This document shows, one piece after another, positions 47,265-56,059 of a stretch of DNA of 64,000 nucleotides. The notes beneath the pieces are model-generated. The model ran no database searches. It was not told where the DNA came from and saw nothing but the letters and a program-made list of their open reading frames with translations. How positions within the stretch are numbered: position 1 is the first letter of the stretch; each line of letters opens with the position of its first letter. Where the stretch lies: positions 1 through 64,000 of the IMG/VR virus record IMGVR_UViG_3300042295_000443; one strand, given 5' to 3'. The DNA is from a virus. The translations under genes and the position numbers were made by a program.

Positions 47265-47417
47265 ATGATTTTTCAATTGATTGCTCAAATTATTAAAGAT
47301 GCTGATAAAGTATCAAACAAGAAATTAGATAAAGCTGCTTATGCAGATTATCTCAATACTCTTTCTCTAGATGATCTACTATTCCTTAAGGATAGTTATA
47401 GTTCAGAGTTAGTATAG
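47265..47417 (+). CDS. 50-aa protein between the two ribozymes
   Basis: MIFQLIAQIIKDADKVSNKKLDKAAYADYLNTLSLDDLLFLKDSYSSELV; below ORF cutoff; A-rich leader. Confidence 0.55.
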   Translation: MIFQLIAQIIKDADKVSNKKLDKAAYADYLNTLSLDDLLFLKDSYSSELV

Positions 47418-47450
47418 TACTTATTCCTGCAAGATTAATTTCTTGTGGGA

Positions 47451-47577
47451 TTAGTAATACACCACTTCTCATTCCCAAGGTGAGACAGTTGTAATAGTAA
47501 GAGAGCAGGTTGCTTAGTCACACCTGCGGTAAATAATACTAAATCTTACACATTACAACTGAGTACAGAGGGATAAC
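47451..47577 (+). ncRNA. Twister-like ribozyme 2 (P2 mismatched, possibly attenuated)
   Basis: UAA-UAC-A-CC ... P4 UCUCA/UGAGA with loop UUCCCAAGG ... P5 CAGUUGUAAU/AUUACAACUG ... ACA-GA-GGGA. Pseudoknot UCCC/GGGA covaries with copy 1. Confidence 0.55.
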
Positions 47578-47693
47578 AAGGGTCATAACCTTGGGGCATA
47601 ACTAAGAGCTAGTAAGAAGACATAGAGTTCATTTTATTATGAAAGATACAACTCTTATTAGAACAACTCTTAGTTAATGCTTTATAAATATGT

Positions 47694-47933
47694 ATGAAAT
47701 ATATACAATTTATAATTGAAAGTAATTCTAATAAGAAATTAGATGCTTTCACTAAAGAATGTATTAATGCCATCAGAAGATCTGGTGCTGTTAAAGCTGG
47801 TCCAATACCTTTTAAAGGTAAAAGATTATTTTATTGTTACAGTCCTAATGGAAAGACTATTGATAGACTTATGTCATTAAAATGTCCTAAAGGTGTGTTA
47901 GTAACAATAAATTCTTTGGAAAATCCTCAATAA
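47694..47933 (+). CDS. Ribosomal protein S10 (uS10/NusE) homologue lacking the ribosome-binding loop
   Basis: SGAVKAGPIPF-KG-KRL...SPNGKTIDRLMSLKCPKGVLVTI aligns with S10 GA.V.GPIPL...(K/L)RL....PT.KTVDALM.L.L..GV.V.I. Confidence 0.75.
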   Translation: MKYIQFIIESNSNKKLDAFTKECINAIRRSGAVKAGPIPFKGKRLFYCYSPNGKTIDRLMSLKCPKGVLVTINSLENPQ

Positions 47934-48005
47934 AAGGGGTTAGTTAAAGCTGAAATAACTACAAAGCTTTGTTTTTAACTTAAAATTAAACTTAAAAATA
48001 TACTT

Positions 48006-48263
48006 ATGGATACTGTTTACTGGACTATGAAAAATGGTCAAAAGATAGATGTTGATACAATGGATATTCAACATCTAAGAAATACTCTTAAAATGCTTAT
48101 TAGAGCTAAGAGAGCACAATCTGTACCTAAATTTCAGGTACATGGAGAAATTGCTAGTGAATTTGCTGATATGGCTATGCTATATAGTATTTCACCTGAA
48201 TTAACTTGTCAATGTGATGAGGTACATGAATGTCAACAGTGTTATGAAGAATCTAAAAACTAA
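48006..48263 (+). CDS. Hypothetical protein with C-terminal CxC...CxxC
   Basis: ORF track. Confidence 0.55.
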   Translation: MDTVYWTMKNGQKIDVDTMDIQHLRNTLKMLIRAKRAQSVPKFQVHGEIASEFADMAMLYSISPELTCQCDEVHECQQCYEESKN

Positions 48264-48267
48264 AATT

Positions 48268-48378
48268 ATGGAAAAGATTGAAGTAACAATGCAAGAGATT
48301 TGGAAGGCTACTAAGCCTATTATCTATAAGAATAAGAAGAAATATTCTAGAAAAGATAAGCACAAAACTAGCAGGTGA
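48268..48378 (+). CDS. 36-aa basic peptide with KNKKKYSRKDKHK tail
   Basis: Below ORF cutoff; starts 4 nt after the previous stop; the stop codon lies inside hairpin AGCAGG-tgaaagt-CCTGCT. Confidence 0.55.
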   Translation: MEKIEVTMQEIWKATKPIIYKNKKKYSRKDKHKTSR

Positions 48379-48391
48379 AAGTCCTGCTTTT

Positions 48392-48733
48392 ATGATTACT
48401 AACTTAAAAATTAAACTTATGAATAGAAATTATCCCTTTGGTTATGGTGTGTTAGCCGGTCTACACACTGTTAAAATAAATGTTAACTTATTAGTTGCTG
48501 ATGCAAGTAAATTAGTAGACAAAAATGAACACTTAGCAATTTACTCTACAGGTAGAGGTGACAGAATAAGAGTAGAAGGTTTTATAACAGGAGCAAATTT
48601 TTCAAATTTTATTAAAGATTTGGAAATATATAAACTTGATTATAAAATAAATAAACTAATAGAAAGAAAAGTTCTTATATTAGATACTTCTATATCTACT
48701 GCAATAGCAGATCTTAATGATTTACCTTTTTAA
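48392..48733 (+). CDS. Hypothetical protein ending DLPF
   Basis: ORF track (start more likely MNRNY at 48419); SSB-like acidic DLPF tail. Confidence 0.5.
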   Translation: MITNLKIKLMNRNYPFGYGVLAGLHTVKINVNLLVADASKLVDKNEHLAIYSTGRGDRIRVEGFITGANFSNFIKDLEIYKLDYKINKLIERKVLILDTSISTAIADLNDLPF

Positions 48734-48760
48734 TTTAAACTTAAACTAAAACTTAAAATT

Positions 48761-48973
48761 ATGCAAAACTCAAATGAACTAAAAGTATTAATTTACAACT
48801 TAATGTTAAAAGAAGTCTTTAATGTTATCAGTGAAGACTGTAGAAAAGAAATAGAGAGACTTATTGATGAAAGATTAGAATACTACAAAACTATTGCTAT
48901 GTCTAATTCTATGGACATAGAAGAAATAAGAGCAAAATATAGTATTTACAATGACTTAAAAAACTTATTATGA
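48761..48973 (+). CDS. Hypothetical protein
   Basis: ORF track. Confidence 0.5.
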   Translation: MQNSNELKVLIYNLMLKEVFNVISEDCRKEIERLIDERLEYYKTIAMSNSMDIEEIRAKYSIYNDLKNLL

Positions 48974-49167
48974 TTATGGAAACTATGATTACAAAAATTA
49001 ATAAAGTCTCTATGGCTTTATTAGTAGCAATTGGAATGCAATACTTTATGGTAGGAGCACTTACTATGAGATTTATGGATTTTTCAGGATTTTCAGTAAT
49101 TAATTGGATATTAGAAATAATTTATCTATCTTTTACTATATCTCTTGCATTAAGAACTGATATATGA
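48970..49167 (+). CDS. Small two-TM membrane protein
   Basis: Hydrophobic helices; ATGA overlap. Confidence 0.5.
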   Translation: MIMETMITKINKVSMALLVAIGMQYFMVGALTMRFMDFSGFSVINWILEIIYLSFTISLALRTDI

Positions 49168-49358
49168 GAAATAAAAATGTTAGCTTAATCATTGCTAGTC
49201 TAGGATTAGCAATGATGGTTATCTGTATTTATGGATTATTTACAGCTACAACACAAAATGACCTAATGTTAGCACTGATAGGGTTTAATCTATCTGGAGT
49301 GCTTGCAGGTATAGCAATATGGGATTATGATTATTTAACTAAAAAAACAAAAATATGA
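49164..49358 (+). CDS. Small two-TM membrane protein
   Basis: Hydrophobic helices; ATGA overlap. Confidence 0.5.
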   Translation: MRNKNVSLIIASLGLAMMVICIYGLFTATTQNDLMLALIGFNLSGVLAGIAIWDYDYLTKKTKI

Positions 49359-49603
49359 AAACAATTAAAATTAATTTAATAGTAATTACATACTTTGTAA
49401 TTATATCAATTGTAGCTATAATAGCTACATCTTGTGGATCATCACATACAACATGTGATGCTTATAGCAATGTTAAATGGGAAAACTCAATAAACAATTC
49501 TGAAAATGGAGAGTTTGTAACAGAAGTTGCATTTAACCTTGGGATTGAAAACAATCAAGTTACTCAAGCTCAGTTTGATGAGCGGTATTCAGCAGGATAC
49601 TAA
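49355..49603 (+). CDS. Putative lipoprotein
   Basis: Signal peptide with lipobox IATS-C; CDAY motif. Confidence 0.5.
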   Translation: MKTIKINLIVITYFVIISIVAIIATSCGSSHTTCDAYSNVKWENSINNSENGEFVTEVAFNLGIENNQVTQAQFDERYSAGY

Positions 49604-49608
49604 TATAT

Positions 49609-49632
49609 GCCAGTGTAACAGCTGGCTTTTTT
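49609..49632 (+). terminator. Intrinsic terminator
   Basis: GCCAG-tgtaacag-CTGGC followed by a T run. Confidence 0.65.
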
Positions 49633-49651
49633 ATTAATTAAAAACTGTAAT

Positions 49652-50317
49652 ATGATATTTAGAAAATTAAGTAAATTATATGAACTTAGAACAAGATTAT
49701 ATACACTTCTTGAAAGAGCTAAGAATTCAGGAGCTGATCCTGATGTAATAACAATAAGAGTTAATGATTTAGAATATGATATTGCTAAAGTAAATAGCAA
49801 AATAGAATTTGAAAAAGTATTAAGACCCTTTATTTATATAATATGGATATTCTTAGGTATTGCTTTATTTATGTTATTTAGTTTTATGTATACTCCTAGA
49901 GTAACAAAAATATATTATAAAACAAAAGTTTCATCTACAATAACTAATGATTCATTATTTACTAAAGAAAAATTAATACTTTATGTTAACTCTTTAAACT
50001 TAAAATTTCCTCACATTATACTAGCACAAGCTCAATTAGAATCAGGTAATTTTACTTCACATATATTTAAAAGTAATAATAACTTTTTTGGTATGAAACA
50101 AGCTAGAAGTAGACCAACAACTTGTATTAGATTACAACACGGTCATGCTTACTATAATAATTGGAAAGATTGTGTAATTGATTATGCACTTTATCAAGCT
50201 GCATATTTAAAAAATATAAAAACTGAAGAACAATATTATAACTATATTGGACGTAATTATGCAGAGAATGCAAATTATGCTAAAATAGTAAAGAAAATTG
50301 CACAAAATTATAAATAG
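49652..50317 (+). CDS. Membrane-anchored GH73 glucosaminidase
   Basis: AQAQLESG, NNFFGMK and YAEN..Y motifs after a TM helix. Confidence 0.75.
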   Translation: MIFRKLSKLYELRTRLYTLLERAKNSGADPDVITIRVNDLEYDIAKVNSKIEFEKVLRPFIYIIWIFLGIALFMLFSFMYTPRVTKIYYKTKVSSTITNDSLFTKEKLILYVNSLNLKFPHIILAQAQLESGNFTSHIFKSNNNFFGMKQARSRPTTCIRLQHGHAYYNNWKDCVIDYALYQAAYLKNIKTEEQYYNYIGRNYAENANYAKIVKKIAQNYK

Positions 50318-50348
50318 TATATTCTGAGAATATGCTTTTCCAAAATAA

Positions 50349-50373
50349 CAGGGGAATATAATGTTCCCCTTTT
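50349..50373 (+). terminator. Intrinsic terminator
   Basis: AGGGGAATAT-a-ATGTTCCCCT followed by a T run. Confidence 0.65.
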
Positions 50374-50461
50374 ATTGTTTTAGCTATATACTGCAATATT
50401 TTATTTTCTACAAGCAATCATACATAAAATTATCACGTATTTTTACTACAGATATAAAAAC

Positions 50462-50728
50462 ATGCAATATCAGTTACCTAATGGAAAAGTAATTTATCTC
50501 TCTATAGAGCAATTTCTAGAGATGACTGACCAAGATATACAGTTTTTAATGAGCATAGATCATGGAGTACATATTGTTGATCCATTTACAGGATCAGCAG
50601 TAGAAAATACTACATACAAAGAATTTGATTTCTCATATTTACCTAATGATGAGAATGAAGAGAATAATGCATTTGATGATATTTCATTAGATGACATTAT
50701 TAATTTAGAGGATCCCACAGATATATAG
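50462..50728 (+). CDS. Acidic hypothetical protein
   Basis: MQYQLPNGKVIYLSIEQFL; ORF track. Confidence 0.55.
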   Translation: MQYQLPNGKVIYLSIEQFLEMTDQDIQFLMSIDHGVHIVDPFTGSAVENTTYKEFDFSYLPNDENEENNAFDDISLDDIINLEDPTDI

Positions 50729-50833
50729 TATTCTTATTGCAATAGGAATATTTATTACTTACTATTAGTTTGAGTAACTATAGTATAGTATTCCACTCAC
50801 AAATCAATTTATTTATTATTTAACAACCAAGTT

Positions 50834-51310
50834 ATGAACTCAAATGTAACAGTAGTAGCTGATGCTACAACAAATTCAGTAATTAATCAATCTACAAATA
50901 ATCCAGAATATGGTTTTGTAAGATTACAACAAACAAGGACTCAAATTGATGAGAATGGATTTTTAAGAAGAAGGTCTTTTTCTTCTTTAATACATGGTCC
51001 TATAACTTTATTACAAGCTTCAAATTTTTATGCTGGTCAAATTTTACCAGGTAATATAATTGTTAAAGAAGCAATGACTCCATTTAATAAAAAAACTCCT
51101 GAAAGAGATTTGAAAATTGCAGGTGAAACAGGAATTGTTTGCCGTGTAGGTGGAGAACCTATTTATAGGAAAACTTATTATTCAGCAAGTGCTAGTTCTG
51201 TTGATATTACAATTGAACATGATAATGTTGAGGAGTTAAAAATTGCATATGATTTACAAGCAAGCAAAGGTTTTGCAGTTAAACCTAATTCAGACTTTGA
51301 TATTATTTAA
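50834..51310 (+). CDS. Hypothetical beta-rich protein
   Basis: ORF track; followed by a hairpin at 51335-51359. Confidence 0.55.
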   Translation: MNSNVTVVADATTNSVINQSTNNPEYGFVRLQQTRTQIDENGFLRRRSFSSLIHGPITLLQASNFYAGQILPGNIIVKEAMTPFNKKTPERDLKIAGETGIVCRVGGEPIYRKTYYSASASSVDITIEHDNVEELKIAYDLQASKGFAVKPNSDFDII

Positions 51311-51378
51311 TATTAATTAAAGATTGCACAAAAATAAGGGTCAGAAATGGCCCTTATTTATTATTTATTATTTTAAAA

Positions 51379-51867
51379 ATGTATATTATGGAAAAGTTAA
51401 AACAAAATATAAAAGAATATCAGCTTAATGCAGATAAAAATCATATAAAATATGAGCAAGATGGATATAACCACTATCAAAACTATCTTTATAAAAGAGC
51501 TTTGTATGGTCTAAATTCATTAACAGAAGAAGAACTAGCTACTATGTGTGGAAAGAAAAAACAAAGAATAATAAATGTATACAAGAGAGCTCAAGTTGTC
51601 TTAAATACTTTTAAGCAAACAGCTACTATTAGTTATACTAATTTTCTATTTAAAACTTTGTTTCCAAATAGTCCAATTACTCAGTTTTTATTATCTGAGA
51701 CTAAAACTGATGATAAATTTAAAAATATTCTAACTTTTAAAGATTTAAATATCTCTAAAGAGCAGATTATTAGTATCTTTATGATAGAAGGTATCCTTCC
51801 TAAAAACTTTTTAAGTTTAGAGATACCTCAAAACCAATTACCAAGACTAAAGAATGATAAAGCTTAA
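51379..51867 (+). CDS. Hypothetical protein
   Basis: ORF track. Confidence 0.55.
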   Translation: MYIMEKLKQNIKEYQLNADKNHIKYEQDGYNHYQNYLYKRALYGLNSLTEEELATMCGKKKQRIINVYKRAQVVLNTFKQTATISYTNFLFKTLFPNSPITQFLLSETKTDDKFKNILTFKDLNISKEQIISIFMIEGILPKNFLSLEIPQNQLPRLKNDKA

Positions 51868-52261
51868 AGAGTGTGATGGTTGTCAGAAGATGACTGTTAT
51901 ATGGAAGAACCATGAGGGAAATAAATATTGTAAATATTGTTGGAGTTGCCAAAATCCCAAGAATAAAGATAATATACAGAAACCAACTGATTATAAAATC
52001 CCTCTGGTTTCTTCTAAAAGAAAAAAGAAAGATGCTGAGTATCTTAAATTAAGAGAAAGATTTCTTTCTGATCACTCTATGTGTGAGCTTAATTATCCTT
52101 GCTGTAGTAATGGTGCATCAGATGTGCACCACACTTTTGCAGGAGCTAACAGAGATGCATTCTATTTAGTACAAAGTACATGGAAAGCAGCTTGTAGAGC
52201 TTGTCACAAACATTTACATGAACATCCTGCAGAGGCTAGAATACTAGGACACTTAAAATAA
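51854..52261 (+). CDS. HNH-like nuclease with Zn finger
   Basis: CDGC...CKYCW; CE...C....SDVHH...CRACHKHLH. Confidence 0.65.
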   Translation: MIKLKECDGCQKMTVIWKNHEGNKYCKYCWSCQNPKNKDNIQKPTDYKIPLVSSKRKKKDAEYLKLRERFLSDHSMCELNYPCCSNGASDVHHTFAGANRDAFYLVQSTWKAACRACHKHLHEHPAEARILGHLK

Positions 52262-52275
52262 TATGATTTAAAAAT

Positions 52276-53037
52276 ATGATTATGAAAAATGAATTAAAAG
52301 ATGCTTTAGCATTACTTAGAAAAATTAAATTTAGTAAAGATTATAGAAAGTTTGCTTTCTTAGAAATTAATAGAATAACTGATACTGAACACATCCAGAA
52401 GATGATTGCAAGTATCAGAAATATGGGTGTAATAAGACCTGTAATTTGTGTTAGAGTAACATTTGTTGATGGTAAATCTCAATTATATGTTATTGATGGT
52501 CAACATTTATTTAAAAGTCTTATGTCTGAGGCTTTAGAAATACCTTATGTAGTAATTGATGTAGAAGATAAAATTGATATGGTTCAAAAAATGGCTATGT
52601 TAAACAATTCTTCTAAGTCTTGGACATTGCTTAATTATGTTAATGCATTTAAAATGCACCTTAAAGATTACTATGAATTAGATGATTTAAGAGTTATGTA
52701 TAATATTGAACCATTAATGTTGGCTACAATATGTACTAATGGTGATCAATCTTCAATTTCAGGTTCAAGATTGATAAAGTCTGGTGATTTTAAAATTACT
52801 AATCCAAATGCTCAAGAAATGGCTAAAGCTTTTAATGATTTCTTTTTAAAGATTGGTAGAGCTGACAGATGGGTTAAACATCATTTCTTACAAGTATTTT
52901 TAAGAGCTTGGGGTACATATGATCATGAACAGTCTTTAGAAAATCTTAATAAACATATCAACATTATTAAAGCCATGAGTGATACAGGAGCTGCAGAAGC
53001 TTTTATTAGCAAAAATATATTTAATTTAACAAAATGA
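52276..53037 (+). CDS. ParB/Srx-like N-terminal domain protein
   Basis: INR..D.EHIQKMIASI...GVIRPVI...YVIDGQH. Confidence 0.65.
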   Translation: MIMKNELKDALALLRKIKFSKDYRKFAFLEINRITDTEHIQKMIASIRNMGVIRPVICVRVTFVDGKSQLYVIDGQHLFKSLMSEALEIPYVVIDVEDKIDMVQKMAMLNNSSKSWTLLNYVNAFKMHLKDYYELDDLRVMYNIEPLMLATICTNGDQSSISGSRLIKSGDFKITNPNAQEMAKAFNDFFLKIGRADRWVKHHFLQVFLRAWGTYDHEQSLENLNKHINIIKAMSDTGAAEAFISKNIFNLTK

Positions 53038-54125
53038 ACAGAGAAGAAATACAAGCAGAAGCATTAAAAGCTACTGAAGGTAATCAAAAATGTTCTGTAG
53101 TATTAGGCACAGGGGTCGGTAAGACCCTTGTTGGCCTAAAACATATGGAACTTAATACTACACCTCTTATGAGGACATTAGTAGTTGCACCTAAAAAATC
53201 TATCTTCCAATCTTGGAAAGATGATGCAGAAACTTTTAACATGCAAGAACAATTAAGCAGGATTACATTTACAACTTATTTAAGTTTAAATAAACATAAC
53301 CCTGCTGACTTTGATGCTGTGTATTTAGATGAAGCTCATAGTTTATTAGATAGTCATAGAGGATTTTTGCAACTGTACAAAGGAAAGATACTTGGTCTTA
53401 CTGGTACTCCACCAAAATATAAAGATTCTGAAAAAGGTAAACTAGTACAGGAGTTTTGTCCTGTAGTATATACTTTTAAAGCAGATGATGCTATAGAGAA
53501 TGGAATACTTAATGATTACCAGATCATAGTACATGAATTAGAACTTAATACTGCAAAGAATTATGCTGTAGATATGAAAACTAAAAGTTTTATTACCTCT
53601 GAACAATTAAATTATAATTATTGGAGTAATAGAATTGATATAGGTTCCGGTCCTGCACATATTCTTAGAGTAATGAGAATGAAAGCCATGATGGAATATG
53701 CTAGCAAAGAAAAATATACTAAAATACTAATGAACAGTATTAATACTAAGTGTATTGTATTTGCTAATACTCAAGATCAAGCTGATAGATTGTGTACTCA
53801 CAGTTATCACAGTAATAATCCTAAATCTGAAGAAAATCTGGAAATGTTTAAAGAAGGTACTATTGATAAACTTTCTACTGTTATGCAGTTAAATGAAGGT
53901 GTTAATATATTTAATCTTAAACAAGGTATTATTATGCATGCATATGGTAATGAAAGAAAAGCTAGTCAGAGAATTGGAAGATTACTTAGGTTAAATCCAG
54001 ATGATAAAGCTGTTGTACATATACTATGTTACATGGGGACAGTTGATGAGAAATGGTGTAAAGAAGCATTGGAAGGGTTTGACCAAAGCAAAATACTTTG
54101 GAAAAATTATAATATTAGCTTATAA
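53034..54125 (+). CDS. Superfamily 2 DEAH helicase
   Basis: GTGVGKT, LDEAH, GLTGTP, LNEGVN, QRIGRLLR. Confidence 0.9.
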   Translation: MNREEIQAEALKATEGNQKCSVVLGTGVGKTLVGLKHMELNTTPLMRTLVVAPKKSIFQSWKDDAETFNMQEQLSRITFTTYLSLNKHNPADFDAVYLDEAHSLLDSHRGFLQLYKGKILGLTGTPPKYKDSEKGKLVQEFCPVVYTFKADDAIENGILNDYQIIVHELELNTAKNYAVDMKTKSFITSEQLNYNYWSNRIDIGSGPAHILRVMRMKAMMEYASKEKYTKILMNSINTKCIVFANTQDQADRLCTHSYHSNNPKSEENLEMFKEGTIDKLSTVMQLNEGVNIFNLKQGIIMHAYGNERKASQRIGRLLRLNPDDKAVVHILCYMGTVDEKWCKEALEGFDQSKILWKNYNISL

Positions 54126-54141
54126 TTGATTATATTATATT

Positions 54142-54396
54142 ATGGAAATACCAGGACAATATAAAGTAACTATGTATAATGATGATGTGCATGATTTCCC
54201 GTACATCATGGCTTGCTTAATGAGGTTTTGTACTTATGAACCTATACAAGCAGAACAATGTGCATTAATTGCACATACCACTGGTCAATGCAATATTAAA
54301 AGTGGAAATTGGGATGATATGTTTGAATTAACACAAACTTTAATATCTTTGGACATTAAAGCAATGATAGAATCTTATGAAGGCAGTGTGCATTGA
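54142..54396 (+). CDS. clpS: ClpS-like adaptor lacking the N-terminal extension
   Basis: YKVTMYNDDVHDF...QAEQCALIAHTTGQC. Confidence 0.8.
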   Translation: MEIPGQYKVTMYNDDVHDFPYIMACLMRFCTYEPIQAEQCALIAHTTGQCNIKSGNWDDMFELTQTLISLDIKAMIESYEGSVH

Positions 54397-54652
54397 TAGT
54401 TCAGATAAACCTTCTAAAATCCCTCAAAATGAGTGGATTACAGAAGGAGAAACATATACCATTACTAGAATAGTTAGAATGGGTCTTGAAAAAAATAAAT
54501 ATGGAGTTCTTCTTAAAGAAGTACAACTCTCATCCCAATCCTTTCCTTATGAATTATATGATGCTGCAAGATTTTTACCTTTAGATCTTTTAGCTAATAT
54601 GAAAGAAGAAGAAGAAGTCACAGTTAGAGAAGCTGACTTAGAATTAATTTAA
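54377..54652 (+). CDS. Hypothetical SH3-like protein
   Basis: MKAVCID...ITEGETYTI...YDAARF. Confidence 0.5.
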   Translation: MKAVCIDSSDKPSKIPQNEWITEGETYTITRIVRMGLEKNKYGVLLKEVQLSSQSFPYELYDAARFLPLDLLANMKEEEEVTVREADLELI

Positions 54653-54689
54653 AAATTACTTCTTTTTATCATTTATTTAAAAATATACA

Positions 54690-55127
54690 ATGTATACATC
54701 AAAAGATATTGAGGATGAATTAGTAAGTATATTACAACCTCACAGAAAAAGAAATTATTTAGATAAAAGAAATTATCTAATTGGTATATTATCACATAAG
54801 TATAACATGACCGAAGACCATATTGCATCTATTACTAATATAGATAGATGTACAGTACATGCTGCTAAAGATCAAGCATTACATTTAATTAAAATAAATA
54901 ATGAAGGCTTTATAAGTGCAGCAGCAGATTATATAGAAAAGTTTCCATATACATTTACTGAGAAAACTAAAAGTGATAGACACAAAAGACTACATACAGT
55001 TGTAGTAACTTTAAGTGATCAGACATATAAAAAGCTCAGAAAATATACAACTGTAAAAGAAATAGGTACTATTAATGTAGCTGGGAGAAATGTAATTGAA
55101 AAATATTTAAAGTTATGGGAAGAATGA
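54690..55127 (+). CDS. HTH DNA-binding protein
   Basis: MTEDHIASITNIDRCTVH HTH (like the DnaA C-terminal domain); RHH-like C-terminus. Confidence 0.5.
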   Translation: MYTSKDIEDELVSILQPHRKRNYLDKRNYLIGILSHKYNMTEDHIASITNIDRCTVHAAKDQALHLIKINNEGFISAAADYIEKFPYTFTEKTKSDRHKRLHTVVVTLSDQTYKKLRKYTTVKEIGTINVAGRNVIEKYLKLWEE

Positions 55128-55270
55128 AAGAGTTATATATAGAAATGTTGGAAAAAGATTTAGAAAATTTAAACCTTTCCCAATATATACAACTTAAAGA
55201 GTTAGAAAAACAATATGCAGAAGAACAGTTCTTAAAAGAACTAAAAGAAAAAGGTGATTCAGAAGAATAG
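55124..55270 (+). CDS. 48-aa acidic protein
   Basis: MKELYIEMLEKD...; ATGA overlap; below cutoff. Confidence 0.45.
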   Translation: MKELYIEMLEKDLENLNLSQYIQLKELEKQYAEEQFLKELKEKGDSEE

Positions 55271-55303
55271 GCCTAAGTATAAACCAAATAAAAATTAAAA
55301 ATT

Positions 55304-55756
55304 ATGAAAACTTTATTAATGACAATAGGATTAGCACTAAGCTATACAGCAAGTGCACAATGGGTAAGCAAAACAATTAATAATGGCTTTGATGCTCCAT
55401 ATAAGATTGCATATACTGATGTTGCTAAAAATCAATGGTTAAAGCTTGAGAATTATAATAATGAAATATCTTTCTATATTGGTGGTGTGTATATATGTGA
55501 TGATAATGTTAGTGTAGATATGTCTTTTTTAATTAACGGGACTTATGAAAAATACAATCTATTAGATTGCTATACTTCTGAAGATAATACAACAGTATTT
55601 TTTATAGATAACTTAGCAGCACATGAAATACTAACTAGCTTTAAAAGTGCTTCATCAATAAAAATAAGAATCAATGATACTACATGTGATTCAGAAATAT
55701 ATGAATTTAAAATGTCTGGAAGTACAGCTGCATATAATTATGTAGTTGCTCCTTGA
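55304..55756 (+). CDS. Secreted protein
   Basis: Signal peptide ending ASA-Q, typical of Bacteroidota. Confidence 0.55.
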   Translation: MKTLLMTIGLALSYTASAQWVSKTINNGFDAPYKIAYTDVAKNQWLKLENYNNEISFYIGGVYICDDNVSVDMSFLINGTYEKYNLLDCYTSEDNTTVFFIDNLAAHEILTSFKSASSIKIRINDTTCDSEIYEFKMSGSTAAYNYVVAP

Positions 55757-55950
55757 AACACTTTGTAAAATATCTATTGGTATGGGTAAGCCAAAACTTA
55801 TCCATACCTTTTTGGATGGTTGGTCATATACATTTATCAATGAATGTATATGCTGATATCCATGAGATATTAATGTCCTTTGGTATGAACATCATTGTAG
55901 CAATAGGATTTATTATAGATTATAAAGAACAAAGAAAAAATAAAATGTGA
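55753..55950 (+). CDS. Small membrane protein
   Basis: ORF track; hydrophobic. Confidence 0.5.
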   Translation: MKHFVKYLLVWVSQNLSIPFWMVGHIHLSMNVYADIHEILMSFGMNIIVAIGFIIDYKEQRKNKM

Positions 55951-56059
55951 CTAATATATTAGCTATTTATACCTTTTTGTCACAATTCTAGCTAATATAT
56001 GTGACATTTTGATAAAGGATAAGTGGTAAAAGTTACCACATTAATTAAATAGAAATGAT

